A stretch of DNA of 60,189 nucleotides from Terriglobales bacterium (lineage in GTDB: Bacteria > Acidobacteriota > Terriglobia > Terriglobales > SCQP01): NCBI GenBank assembly GCA_051959955.1, contig JBQCEU010000181.1, positions 1 through 60,189 of the forward strand, written 5' to 3'. The position numbers and the translations under genes are program-made. Under the pieces are notes generated by a model. The model saw only the letters and a list, made by a program, of their open reading frames with translations, was not told where the DNA came from and searched no databases. Of this stretch, positions 1-8,837 are shown piece after piece; the first letter of the stretch is position 1, and each line of letters starts with the position of its first letter.

Positions 1-1
1 A

Positions 2-466
2 CTGCCCGAGGCGGAACGGTTGGCCGCCAGGGCTGCATGCCGCGCGCTCACCGGCGCCATCTACCCCGGCCTGGATGTCAGCCTCGAAATCGAAGCCATC
101 GCCGGCCAGCAACTGGGCGAAACCGTGCTGCTGCGCGGCCCCAGTGGTCTCGAAGCCTTTGCCTGCTGCCACTGCGGCCCCGGCACCGAAGCCGGCAACG
201 ATTCGGTTTATATCAAATTCGCGGCCGTCCGCCCTGGCCCGGGCGCGGCGCACGTTTTCGATTCCTTGCTGGCCGCGGTCCGCGACCTGGCCGCCCGCCG
301 GCAACTGACCCGCGTCGCCACCGGCATCAGCCTTGCCCGCCGCGAAGCCTACCGCCGCCTGTTGTCCCTCGGCTTCCGCACCAATGCCATAGGCGTCAGC
401 ATGCATCGCCCCGACGGCAGCGCCTACAACCGCTCCGACGCCTGGATACTCGACGACTGGCGCTAG
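2..466 (+). CDS. GNAT-like acetyltransferase, C-terminal part (5' end lies outside the window)
   Basis: The frame is open from the window edge (no stop between nt 2 and the listed TTG at 20). Third-position GC bias is strong. The family assignment rests only on general resemblance of the C-terminal region (RREAYRRLLSLGFR) to GNAT folds. Confidence 0.4.
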   Translation: MPEAERLAARAACRALTGAIYPGLDVSLEIEAIAGQQLGETVLLRGPSGLEAFACCHCGPGTEAGNDSVYIKFAAVRPGPGAAHVFDSLLAAVRDLAARRQLTRVATGISLARREAYRRLLSLGFRTNAIGVSMHRPDGSAYNRSDAWILDDWR

Positions 467-509
467 CACGAGCAACGCTGGCTTGCGCCGGTTTGGGATT
501 CCATCCAGA

Positions 510-1178
510 ATGGTGGAAATGGATCTTCTCCTGCTCGGCGACGGCAAGATGAACCGCCTGGTGGCGGAAGTGGCGACCGAACAGGGGCATCGCGTGGCGC
601 GGACCATCGGACGCGGCGACGCCTGGACGGCGGGCTGGTCCCCGGAACTGGTGGCGATTGACTTCAGCGTGGCCGAGGCCGTGCTCGAGCATGTGGATCA
701 GTGCATGGCGGCGGGCATTCCGCTGGTCATCGGCACCACCGGCTGGCTTGACCGCCTGGAGGAGGTCCGCCGCCTGGTGGATGCCGCCCATGTCGGCGCC
801 GTCCACGGCGCCAACTTCTCCATCGGCGTGCAGGCCTTCTATCGCGCCGTAGCCGCCGCCGCGGCGGCGCTGCCCGCCGGCTACGACAGCTTTGTTTGGG
901 AAGCCCACCACCGCGAAAAACGCGACGCCCCTTCCGGCACCGCCCGGCATCTGGCAGAGGTGATGCGCGGGGCCGGTCACGATCCCGGTTCCATCGCCAG
1001 CACCCGCGCCGGCTGGCTGCCGGGCACCCACACCGCCGGTTTTGACAGCCCCGACGATACGCTCACCCTCACCCACACCGCTCGCAGCCGTCGCGGCTTT
1101 GCCGCCGGCGCGCTGCTGGCGGCGCAGTGGATCCTGGGCAAACGCGGCCTGCACGAGTTTAGCGAGGTGATTCCGTGA
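510..1178 (+). CDS. dapB: 4-hydroxy-tetrahydrodipicolinate reductase
   Basis: Contains the EAHHREKRDAPSGTA motif typical of DapB and an N-terminal LLLLGDGKMN dinucleotide-binding start. ATG at 510 (or 519) is preferred over the listed TTG at 483. There is a GTGA overlap with dapA. Confidence 0.85.
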   Translation: MVEMDLLLLGDGKMNRLVAEVATEQGHRVARTIGRGDAWTAGWSPELVAIDFSVAEAVLEHVDQCMAAGIPLVIGTTGWLDRLEEVRRLVDAAHVGAVHGANFSIGVQAFYRAVAAAAAALPAGYDSFVWEAHHREKRDAPSGTARHLAEVMRGAGHDPGSIASTRAGWLPGTHTAGFDSPDDTLTLTHTARSRRGFAAGALLAAQWILGKRGLHEFSEVIP

Positions 1179-2074
1179 ACAATCCCTTCAAGGGCTGCGG
1201 CACCGCCCTGGTGACGCCCTTCGCCGCCGATCAGTCGGTGGACGAAGCTGCTTTCCGCCGGCTCGTCCGCTTTCAGATCGAGCAGGGCATTGACTTCCTC
1301 GTCCCCTGCGGCACCACCGGCGAAACGCCCACGCTCAGCGCTGCCGAACACCGCGGGGTGGTCGCCATGGCGGTCGAGGAAGCCGCGCGTGCGCCGCGCA
1401 AGGTGCCGGTGCTGGCGGGCGCGGGCGGCAACGACACCGCCCACGTCATCGAGCTGGCGAAAACCTGCGCCCAAGCAGGCGCCGACGGCATCCTCTCCGT
1501 CGCGCCTTACTACAACAAGCCCACTCAGGAGGGCCTCTTCCAGCACTTCTCCGCCATAGCCGCCGCCGTCAAGCTCCCGGTGGTTCTCTACAACGTCCCC
1601 GGACGCACCTCCAGCAACATCGAAGCAGCAACCGTGCTGCGGCTGGCCAAGGCTGTGCCCAACATCGTCGCGGTGAAGGAAGCTTCCGGCAATCTGGCCC
1701 AGATCGCCCGCATCATCGCCGGCGCCCGTGCCGGCTTCGATGTGCTCAGCGGCGACGACAGCCTCACCTTGGCCATTCTGGCCCTCGGCGGCCGCGGCCT
1801 GGTCAGCGTGGCTTCCAACGCCGCGCCCGGGGCCATGGCCCAACTGGTGACCGCGGCCTGCGCCGGCGATTTCACGGCTGCCCGCAAGCTGCATTACCAG
1901 TGGCTGCCGTTCATGGAGGCCATCTTCATGGAAAGCAGCCCGGCACCCATCAAATACGTGCTGACCCGGCAGGGGAGGTGCCAGGAAGTCTTTCGCCTGC
2001 CCATGGTGCCGGTTCAGCCCGCCAGCCGCGAAAAGCTCGACGCCGTGATGCGTGACTGCGGTCTTCAGCCATGA
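1175..2074 (+). CDS. dapA: 4-hydroxy-tetrahydrodipicolinate synthase
   Basis: Shows DapA hallmarks: VPCGTTGE, YYNKP and the Schiff-base lysine context VAVKEASGN. It is full length at 299 aa and overlaps both neighbours by 4 nt. Confidence 0.95.
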   Translation: MNNPFKGCGTALVTPFAADQSVDEAAFRRLVRFQIEQGIDFLVPCGTTGETPTLSAAEHRGVVAMAVEEAARAPRKVPVLAGAGGNDTAHVIELAKTCAQAGADGILSVAPYYNKPTQEGLFQHFSAIAAAVKLPVVLYNVPGRTSSNIEAATVLRLAKAVPNIVAVKEASGNLAQIARIIAGARAGFDVLSGDDSLTLAILALGGRGLVSVASNAAPGAMAQLVTAACAGDFTAARKLHYQWLPFMEAIFMESSPAPIKYVLTRQGRCQEVFRLPMVPVQPASREKLDAVMRDCGLQP

Positions 2075-2904
2075 GCCCGCTGGCCGCGGAAATTCTCCGC
2101 CTCGCGGCGCTGCCCGATCTGGAGGCCGAGCGCGACGCCGCCCTCGCTGCCTTCGCGGCGCTGAAGGCCGAGCTCAACGCCGGCCGCGCCCGCGCCGCCG
2201 AGCCCGAGGGAGCGGGCGGCTGGCGCGTGAATGCCTGGGTGAAGCAGGGCATCCTGCTCGGTTTCCGCTTGGGCAGCCTGGAGCCGCATCCATCCCCGCC
2301 GCCCTTCCAGTTCTTTGACAAAGACACGCTGCCCACCCGCGACCTGCGTCTGGCCGACAACGTGCGCATCGTGCCCGGCGGCACCACGCTGCGCGACGGC
2401 GCCTACGTGGCGCCCGGTGTGATTGTCATGCCGCCGGCCTACATCAACATCGGCGCCTGGGTGGGCCCCGGCACCATGATTGACTCCCACGCCCTGGTCG
2501 GCTCCTGCGCCCAGGTCGGCGCGCGCGTGCACCTCAGCGCCGCCGCTCAGATCGGCGGCGTGCTCGAACCTATCGGCGCGCTGCCGGTCATCATCGAAGA
2601 CGAGGTCCTGATCGGCGGCAACTGCGGCGTCTACGAAGGCGCCCAGGTGGGGAAGGGAGCCGTGCTCGCCGCCGGCGTGGTTCTGACCCGCTCCACCCCC
2701 GTCTACGACCTGCCGCGCGAAACCGTGCACCGCGCCACCGCCGAGGCTCCGCTGCGCATTCCGCCGGGAGCCGTGGTTGTCCCGGGCGCGCGCGCCGTCA
2801 CCCGCGGTCCCGCCTGGGGACTGTCGCTGGCCACGCCGGTCATCGTCAAATACCGCGACGCCCGCACCGCCGCCGCTGTCGAGTTGGAAGACTGGCTGCG
2901 TTAA
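2071..2904 (+). CDS. dapD: 2,3,4,5-tetrahydropyridine-2,6-dicarboxylate N-succinyltransferase
   Basis: Has a left-handed beta-helix hexapeptide region (IGAWVGPGTMIDSHALVGSCAQVGARVHLSAAAQIGGVLEP...IIEDEVLIGGNCGVYEG). It sits in a dapB-dapA-dapD operon context. Confidence 0.9.
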   Translation: MSPLAAEILRLAALPDLEAERDAALAAFAALKAELNAGRARAAEPEGAGGWRVNAWVKQGILLGFRLGSLEPHPSPPPFQFFDKDTLPTRDLRLADNVRIVPGGTTLRDGAYVAPGVIVMPPAYINIGAWVGPGTMIDSHALVGSCAQVGARVHLSAAAQIGGVLEPIGALPVIIEDEVLIGGNCGVYEGAQVGKGAVLAAGVVLTRSTPVYDLPRETVHRATAEAPLRIPPGAVVVPGARAVTRGPAWGLSLATPVIVKYRDARTAAAVELEDWLR

Positions 2905-3320
2905 CCGCCAAGCAATTCCACATGACGCCTCCAGTTGCCGGCGCGCCGGGTCAGGAGCTGCACAAAGCGCGCATCCGCGGTGACGAAGGCACAATCGTAG
3001 CTGAGTGCCAGAGCCAGATAGAAGCAGTCGTAGGCGGGATGATCGAGCTCGCCGGCCATCGCCGCCGCCGTCGTCAGGAGTGGGCGGCTGGAGTGCAATT
3101 CCCAATCGGCGTTTTGCAGCAGTCGGGCTCCGATCTCCAGGGCCGCAGGCGTGATCTCATCCCGCCGCACCTTCCGCCAGAGTACGTTCGCGCACTCGGC
3201 AAAAATCAAGTCCGGAGCCAGCAACCGGTGCTCACGACGCAACCGCAGGGCCGCCGCCGATCCCGGTTCATTCACGATCCATTTCATCGCGACGCTGGCG
3301 TCCACCACCCGGCGGGTCAC
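2901..3320 (-). CDS. vapC: PIN-domain ribonuclease toxin (VapC family)
   Basis: Has an N-terminal VVDASV acidic residue and a C-terminal FVTADARF, matching the PIN fold pattern. Its GTG start overlaps the stop of the upstream antitoxin (GTGA). Confidence 0.85.
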   Translation of the reverse strand: MTRRVVDASVAMKWIVNEPGSAAALRLRREHRLLAPDLIFAECANVLWRKVRRDEITPAALEIGARLLQNADWELHSSRPLLTTAAAMAGELDHPAYDCFYLALALSYDCAFVTADARFVQLLTRRAGNWRRHVELLGG

Positions 3321-3559
3321 CGCCGGCGCCGCTCCTCACGCAAAAGCATCTCCGAAGGCGTCTGCTTTTTTCCGCGTTGGTCAATGAGGGCGCGGAGTTG
3401 GGCGGCCAGCGTTTCAAAGTCGCCCGTCGGCTCCAACTCCAGTGCCTGACGCAGAATTTCGCGGTGCTCGGCTTCCGCCGAGCGTCCGTGTCGCGCGGCC
3501 CGCACCTTCAACCGCCGCACCAGATCTTCATGCAGGTCGCGCACCAGCAGGGTGGCCAT
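3317..3559 (-). CDS. vapB: Ribbon-helix-helix antitoxin (VapB/FitA-like)
   Basis: Begins MATLLVRDLHEDLVRRLKVRAARHGRSAEAEHREILRQAL, a classic Arc/MetJ-type RHH antitoxin N-terminus. I chose the internal ATG at 3559 because the longer ORF would run into rpsT. Confidence 0.7.
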   Translation of the reverse strand: MATLLVRDLHEDLVRRLKVRAARHGRSAEAEHREILRQALELEPTGDFETLAAQLRALIDQRGKKQTPSEMLLREERRRR

Positions 3560-3629
3560 GCTATCAATGCTATCACCCCGCGCGGACACCAAGCGCCCGG
3601 CGGAAAGCTGCGTGCGGATGACGGGCGGC

Positions 3630-3899
3630 TTACTTCGCCTGCAGGCGATTGACGGCGAGGGCAAACTGCGACTTGTGGCGGCCGGCGGCGTTGCGGTGCA
3701 GCACGCCTTTCTGGATGCCCTTGTCGATCTGCGCCAGTGTGGGCTGCAGCAGCGTGGCGGCGGTGGCGGTATCGCCCTTGTCGATCGCCAGCTTGAGCTT
3801 CTTCATAGCGGTGCGCAGGCGGCTGGCGTTGGCGCGGTTGCGAATCGTCCGGGAGCGGGTCTGCCGCACCCGCTTCAGGGCGGAAGGATGGTTGGCCAT
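3630..3899 (-). CDS. rpsT: 30S ribosomal protein S20
   Basis: The sequence MANHPSALKRVRQTRSRTIRNRANASRLRTAMKK is the canonical S20 N-terminus. Length is 89 aa. Confidence 0.95.
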   Translation of the reverse strand: MANHPSALKRVRQTRSRTIRNRANASRLRTAMKKLKLAIDKGDTATAATLLQPTLAQIDKGIQKGVLHRNAAGRHKSQFALAVNRLQAK

Positions 3900-3981
3900 G
3901 GTGTCCCAACCATTCTAAGCCACCCGGCCGATGGCGTCAAAGCCGGGAAACCTCTAAACTGGAGGTCACGGCCCCGGACGC

Positions 3982-4983
3982 ATGAAGACCAGCTTTGAGT
4001 TCAGCCCCGGTATCGAGACGCTTTTCGGCCCGCTGGACGAAAATCTGCGCCTGCTCGAAAAGCTGCTGCAGGTCGAGGTGCGGCTGGGCCCGTCGGCCAT
4101 TGAAGCCGAAGGCTCGCCCGAGAGCCTGACCCGGCTGGAGCAGATCATCCTCGATTTTCAGGCCTTGCACGCCGAGGGCTTCGCTTTTGCCAACGGTGAT
4201 CTGCGCACCTTGCTGCAGGTGGTGTTGGAAGATCCCAGCACGACCCTGGGTTCGCTGGCGCGCAGCGGCCGCCAGCGCTCGTTCGGCAAGAAGAGCGTCC
4301 AGCCCAAGACCATCAATCAGCGCCGTTACCTGGATGCCATCGAGCGCCAGGACATGGTGTTCGGCATTGGTCCGGCGGGCACCGGCAAAACCTATCTGGC
4401 GGTGGCCATGGCCGCGGCGGCGCTCAATGCCAAGCAGGTTTCCCGCATTGTCCTCGCCCGACCGGCGGTGGAGGCGGGCGAACGGCTGGGCTTTCTCCCT
4501 GGAACCCTGCAGGAAAAAGTAGACCCCTACCTGCGCCCGCTTTATGACGCCCTTTTCGATCTCATCGAGCCCGACCGGGTTGAACGCCTGCTGGAGCGCA
4601 ACATCATTGAAATTGCGCCTCTGGCCTTCATGCGGGGCCGCACCCTCAACGATGCCTTCATCATCCTCGACGAAGCCCAGAACTCCACCCAGGAGCAGAT
4701 GAAGATGTTCCTGACTCGCATGGGGTTTCGCTCCAAGGCCGTCATCACCGGCGACGTGACCCAGATTGACCTGCCCCAGGGCCGTCGCAGCGGCCTGCTG
4801 CAGGCCACAGAAATTCTGGGAAGCGTGGAGGGCATCGGGGTGGTTTACTTTGACGAGCGCGACGTGGTGCGCCATCCGCTGGTGCAGCGCATTGTCCGCG
4901 CCTACCAGGACTTCGATGCCCGCGGCGCCAACCGCCAACTGGAGCTGCTTCCCGAGGAGAGCCCGTCTGCAACTGGATCGTAG
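3982..4983 (+). CDS. PhoH-family ATPase (YbeZ-like)
   Basis: Has a Walker A motif (GPAGTGKTYLAVA), ILDEAQN and ITGDVTQIDLP. It lies upstream of ybeY, as in most bacteria. Confidence 0.9.
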   Translation: MKTSFEFSPGIETLFGPLDENLRLLEKLLQVEVRLGPSAIEAEGSPESLTRLEQIILDFQALHAEGFAFANGDLRTLLQVVLEDPSTTLGSLARSGRQRSFGKKSVQPKTINQRRYLDAIERQDMVFGIGPAGTGKTYLAVAMAAAALNAKQVSRIVLARPAVEAGERLGFLPGTLQEKVDPYLRPLYDALFDLIEPDRVERLLERNIIEIAPLAFMRGRTLNDAFIILDEAQNSTQEQMKMFLTRMGFRSKAVITGDVTQIDLPQGRRSGLLQATEILGSVEGIGVVYFDERDVVRHPLVQRIVRAYQDFDARGANRQLELLPEESPSATGS

Positions 4984-5389
4984 GGCGCTGAACGGTTTTC
5001 TGGTCCGCGCCCGCGGTGCCGTCGGCCTGCAAGGCGAGGTTGGCCTTCGCCTCATGGACGACGCTGCCATCCGCGAGCTCAACCGCGCCTTTCGCCGCCA
5101 CGACGCACCCACCGACGTGCTTTCGTTTCCCGCCGGCGCGCCGGGCTATGCCGGGGATATTGCCATCTCGCTCGACACCGCCCGGCGCCAGGCCCGCGCC
5201 CGGCGGCATTCCCTGGACAAGGAAGTCTACATTCTCCTGCTCCATGGGCTGCTGCATCTCGCCGGTTATGATCACGAAACCGATGAGGGCGCCATGCGCC
5301 GCCGCGAGCACGAACTGCGGCGCGATTTGGGCCTGCCGCCCGGCTTGATCGAACGGGCGCAAAGGCGCAAGATAAAGGCGCATGGCTGA
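4916..5389 (+). CDS. ybeY: rRNA maturation endoribonuclease YbeY
   Basis: Carries the zinc motif HGLLHLAGYDH and TDVLSFP. The start is uncertain. ATG at 4916 gives 157 aa and overlaps the phoH-like gene; the listed 4766 start is too long. Confidence 0.85.
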   Translation: MPAAPTANWSCFPRRARLQLDRRALNGFLVRARGAVGLQGEVGLRLMDDAAIRELNRAFRRHDAPTDVLSFPAGAPGYAGDIAISLDTARRQARARRHSLDKEVYILLLHGLLHLAGYDHETDEGAMRRREHELRRDLGLPPGLIERAQRRKIKAHG

Positions 5390-5681
5390 CGTGCTTGAGG
5401 TTCGCTGCCCCGACTGCGGTGCCCGCCTGCAGGTGGACGCCCAAACCGGAATGGTCCTCCACCACAGCGCCGGCGCACGCAACCCCAAGGGGGTCAATCT
5501 CGACCAGGCGCAGGAGCAGTTGCGGCGGCAGGAGCAGGAGCGTGAGCGCCGCTTCCAGCAATCGGTCGCCTCGGAAAAGCAGCGCGACGACCTGCTGAGC
5601 CGCAAGTTCGACCAGAGCCTCCGCCGGGTCAAGGAAAACCCCAACGAGCCCCGTCCGCTGCGCGACGTGGACCTTGACTAG
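5382..5681 (+). CDS. Hypothetical protein with an N-terminal CxxC zinc-ribbon-like segment and a charged coiled-coil tail
   Basis: Begins VRCPDCGARLQVD...HH and continues with a Q/E/R-rich helix. It overlaps the ybeY stop by 8 nt and shows good codon bias. Confidence 0.5.
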   Translation: MADVLEVRCPDCGARLQVDAQTGMVLHHSAGARNPKGVNLDQAQEQLRRQEQERERRFQQSVASEKQRDDLLSRKFDQSLRRVKENPNEPRPLRDVDLD

Positions 5682-5685
5682 GGCA

Positions 5686-5714
5686 TTGACAAGCCCGCGG
5701 CCAGTTGCTATTCT
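5686..5714 (+). promoter_or_regulatory. Putative sigma-70 promoter for rho (TTGACA-17 nt-TATTCT)
   Basis: A perfect -35 TTGACA lies at 5686-5691, followed by a 17-nt spacer and TATTCT at 5709-5714. This sits about 120 nt upstream of the rho ATG. Confidence 0.45.
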
Positions 5715-5835
5715 GGACATTCTTACGGCTCTGGCATTCGCTGGCGCTGTTTCCGACCGCCAAAGCTGAAGAAATTCCGTCCCGAGTGGCTTTTCTGCCC
5801 TCGCTCATTCCCTCCAACCCACGTTTGCTCCCCGC

Positions 5836-7086
<1,251 letters not shown>

Positions 7087-7089
7087 GGC

Positions 7090-8706
7090 ATGCCGGAGGA
7101 TCTCGCAAGCCGCATCCGCCTGCTGCATCAGGAGCAGCAGGAGCTGCGCCTGGGCGGCGGCCAGGCAGCCATCCAGCGCCAACACGAGAAGAACCGGCTC
7201 ACCGCCCGCGAGCGCGTTGCCCAGCTTCTCGACCCTGATTCTCCGTGGCATGAGATTGGTCTCTACGCCGCCTGGGGCATGTACGAGGAGTGGGGGGGAG
7301 CGGTGGCTGCGGGCGTGGTCTGCGGTCTGGGCAAGGTCGAAGGCCGCTGGGCGATGGTCATCGCCAACGATGCCACCGTCAAGGCCGGCGCCTTCTTCCC
7401 CATGACCGCCAAGAAGGTGTTGCGCTGCCAGACCATCGCCCTGGAAAATCGCCTGCCGCTCATCTACCTGGTGGACTCCGCCGGCGTCTTCCTGCCTCTG
7501 CAGGACGAGGTCTTTCCCGACATTGACGACTTTGGCCGCGTCTTCCGCCACAACGCCGTGGCCAGCGCCCAGGGTATTCCCCAGATCACCGCCATCATGG
7601 GCAACTGCGTCGCCGGCGGCGCTTATCTGCCGGTGATGTGCGACACCATTTTAATGACCGAAGGCAGCGGTCTTTATCTGGCAGGCCCGGCGCTGGTGCA
7701 GGCAGCCATCGGCCAGCGGGTTACCAGTGAGGAGTTGGGCGGCGCCCGGCTGCATGCCGCCATCAGCGGCACCGCCGATTTTCGCGAGCCCGACGATCCC
7801 GCCTGTTTGCGTCGCATTCGATCGCTCATGAGCCGTTTGGCGCCCCCGCCGCCCCTGCCTTTCGACCGCATCGCCGCGGTTGCGCCCGCGCGTCCCGCCG
7901 ATGATCTCTCGCGGCTCATGCCCGCCGATCCCCAAGCCGCCTACGACATCCGCGATCTGCTGGCCTGTATCCTCGACGGCAGCGGCTTTGACGAGTACCG
8001 CGCCGAGTATGGCCAGACGCTGGTCTGCGGCTACGGCCGCCTGGGCGGTTTTGCCGTGGGCGTCGTCGCCAACCAGAAGAAGACGGTAAAGCGCGCTACC
8101 GCTGCCGGCCCCAGCCGCATCGAGTTTGGCGGTGTCATTTACCCCGAGAGCGCCGACAAGGCCGCACGCTTCATCATGGATTGCAACCAGGCGCGGATTC
8201 CGCTGCTGTTCTTCCACGACGTCAACGGCTTTATGGTGGGCAAGGAGATGGAAGCGGCGGGGATCATTCGCAGCGGCGCCAAGATGGTCAACGTGGTGGC
8301 CAACAGCGTGGTCCCCAAGTTCAGCACCGTGGTGGGGGGCAGCTTCGGCGCCGGCAACTACGCCATGTGCGGCCGTGCCTACGATCCGCGTCTGCTGCTT
8401 GCCTGGCCCACCGCTCGTTACGCCGTGATGGGCGGCGACCAGGCCGCCAACACGCTGATGGAAATCCGCGCCCGCCAGTTGGAGCGCGGCGGACACAAGC
8501 TCGACGACAAGGAACGCCAAGAGCTGCTGCAATCCATCCGCGCCAGCTACGAGGCGCAAACCGACCCCCGCTATGGCGCCGCCCGCCTCTGGCTCGATGC
8601 CCTGATTGACCCGCTCGATACCCGTGCCTGGCTGATCGCCGGACTGGAAGCTGCCAGCCTCAATCCCGAGATTCCGCCTTTCCGCACTGGCGTCCTGCAA
8701 ACCTAG
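7090..8706 (+). CDS. Acyl-CoA carboxylase carboxyltransferase (beta) subunit
   Basis: A two-domain carboxyltransferase of 538 aa, with NDATVKAGAFFP, GNCVAGGAYLP and FHDVNGFMVG. No biotin-carboxylase partner is adjacent, so the substrate (methylcrotonyl- or propionyl-CoA) is not assignable. Confidence 0.9.
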   Translation: MPEDLASRIRLLHQEQQELRLGGGQAAIQRQHEKNRLTARERVAQLLDPDSPWHEIGLYAAWGMYEEWGGAVAAGVVCGLGKVEGRWAMVIANDATVKAGAFFPMTAKKVLRCQTIALENRLPLIYLVDSAGVFLPLQDEVFPDIDDFGRVFRHNAVASAQGIPQITAIMGNCVAGGAYLPVMCDTILMTEGSGLYLAGPALVQAAIGQRVTSEELGGARLHAAISGTADFREPDDPACLRRIRSLMSRLAPPPPLPFDRIAAVAPARPADDLSRLMPADPQAAYDIRDLLACILDGSGFDEYRAEYGQTLVCGYGRLGGFAVGVVANQKKTVKRATAAGPSRIEFGGVIYPESADKAARFIMDCNQARIPLLFFHDVNGFMVGKEMEAAGIIRSGAKMVNVVANSVVPKFSTVVGGSFGAGNYAMCGRAYDPRLLLAWPTARYAVMGGDQAANTLMEIRARQLERGGHKLDDKERQELLQSIRASYEAQTDPRYGAARLWLDALIDPLDTRAWLIAGLEAASLNPEIPPFRTGVLQT

Positions 8707-8837
8707 GCTTTTCAACAGTTTGAAAATAGTTCTAAAGGAATTCTAATCATCGGCCGATCTCTGTCTTTGTCGGGACATGTGTCTCCGATTTCGCCTCAGG
8801 CGAGTCGTGACGGCACTGTCCCAGTAGGAGAAACGGG

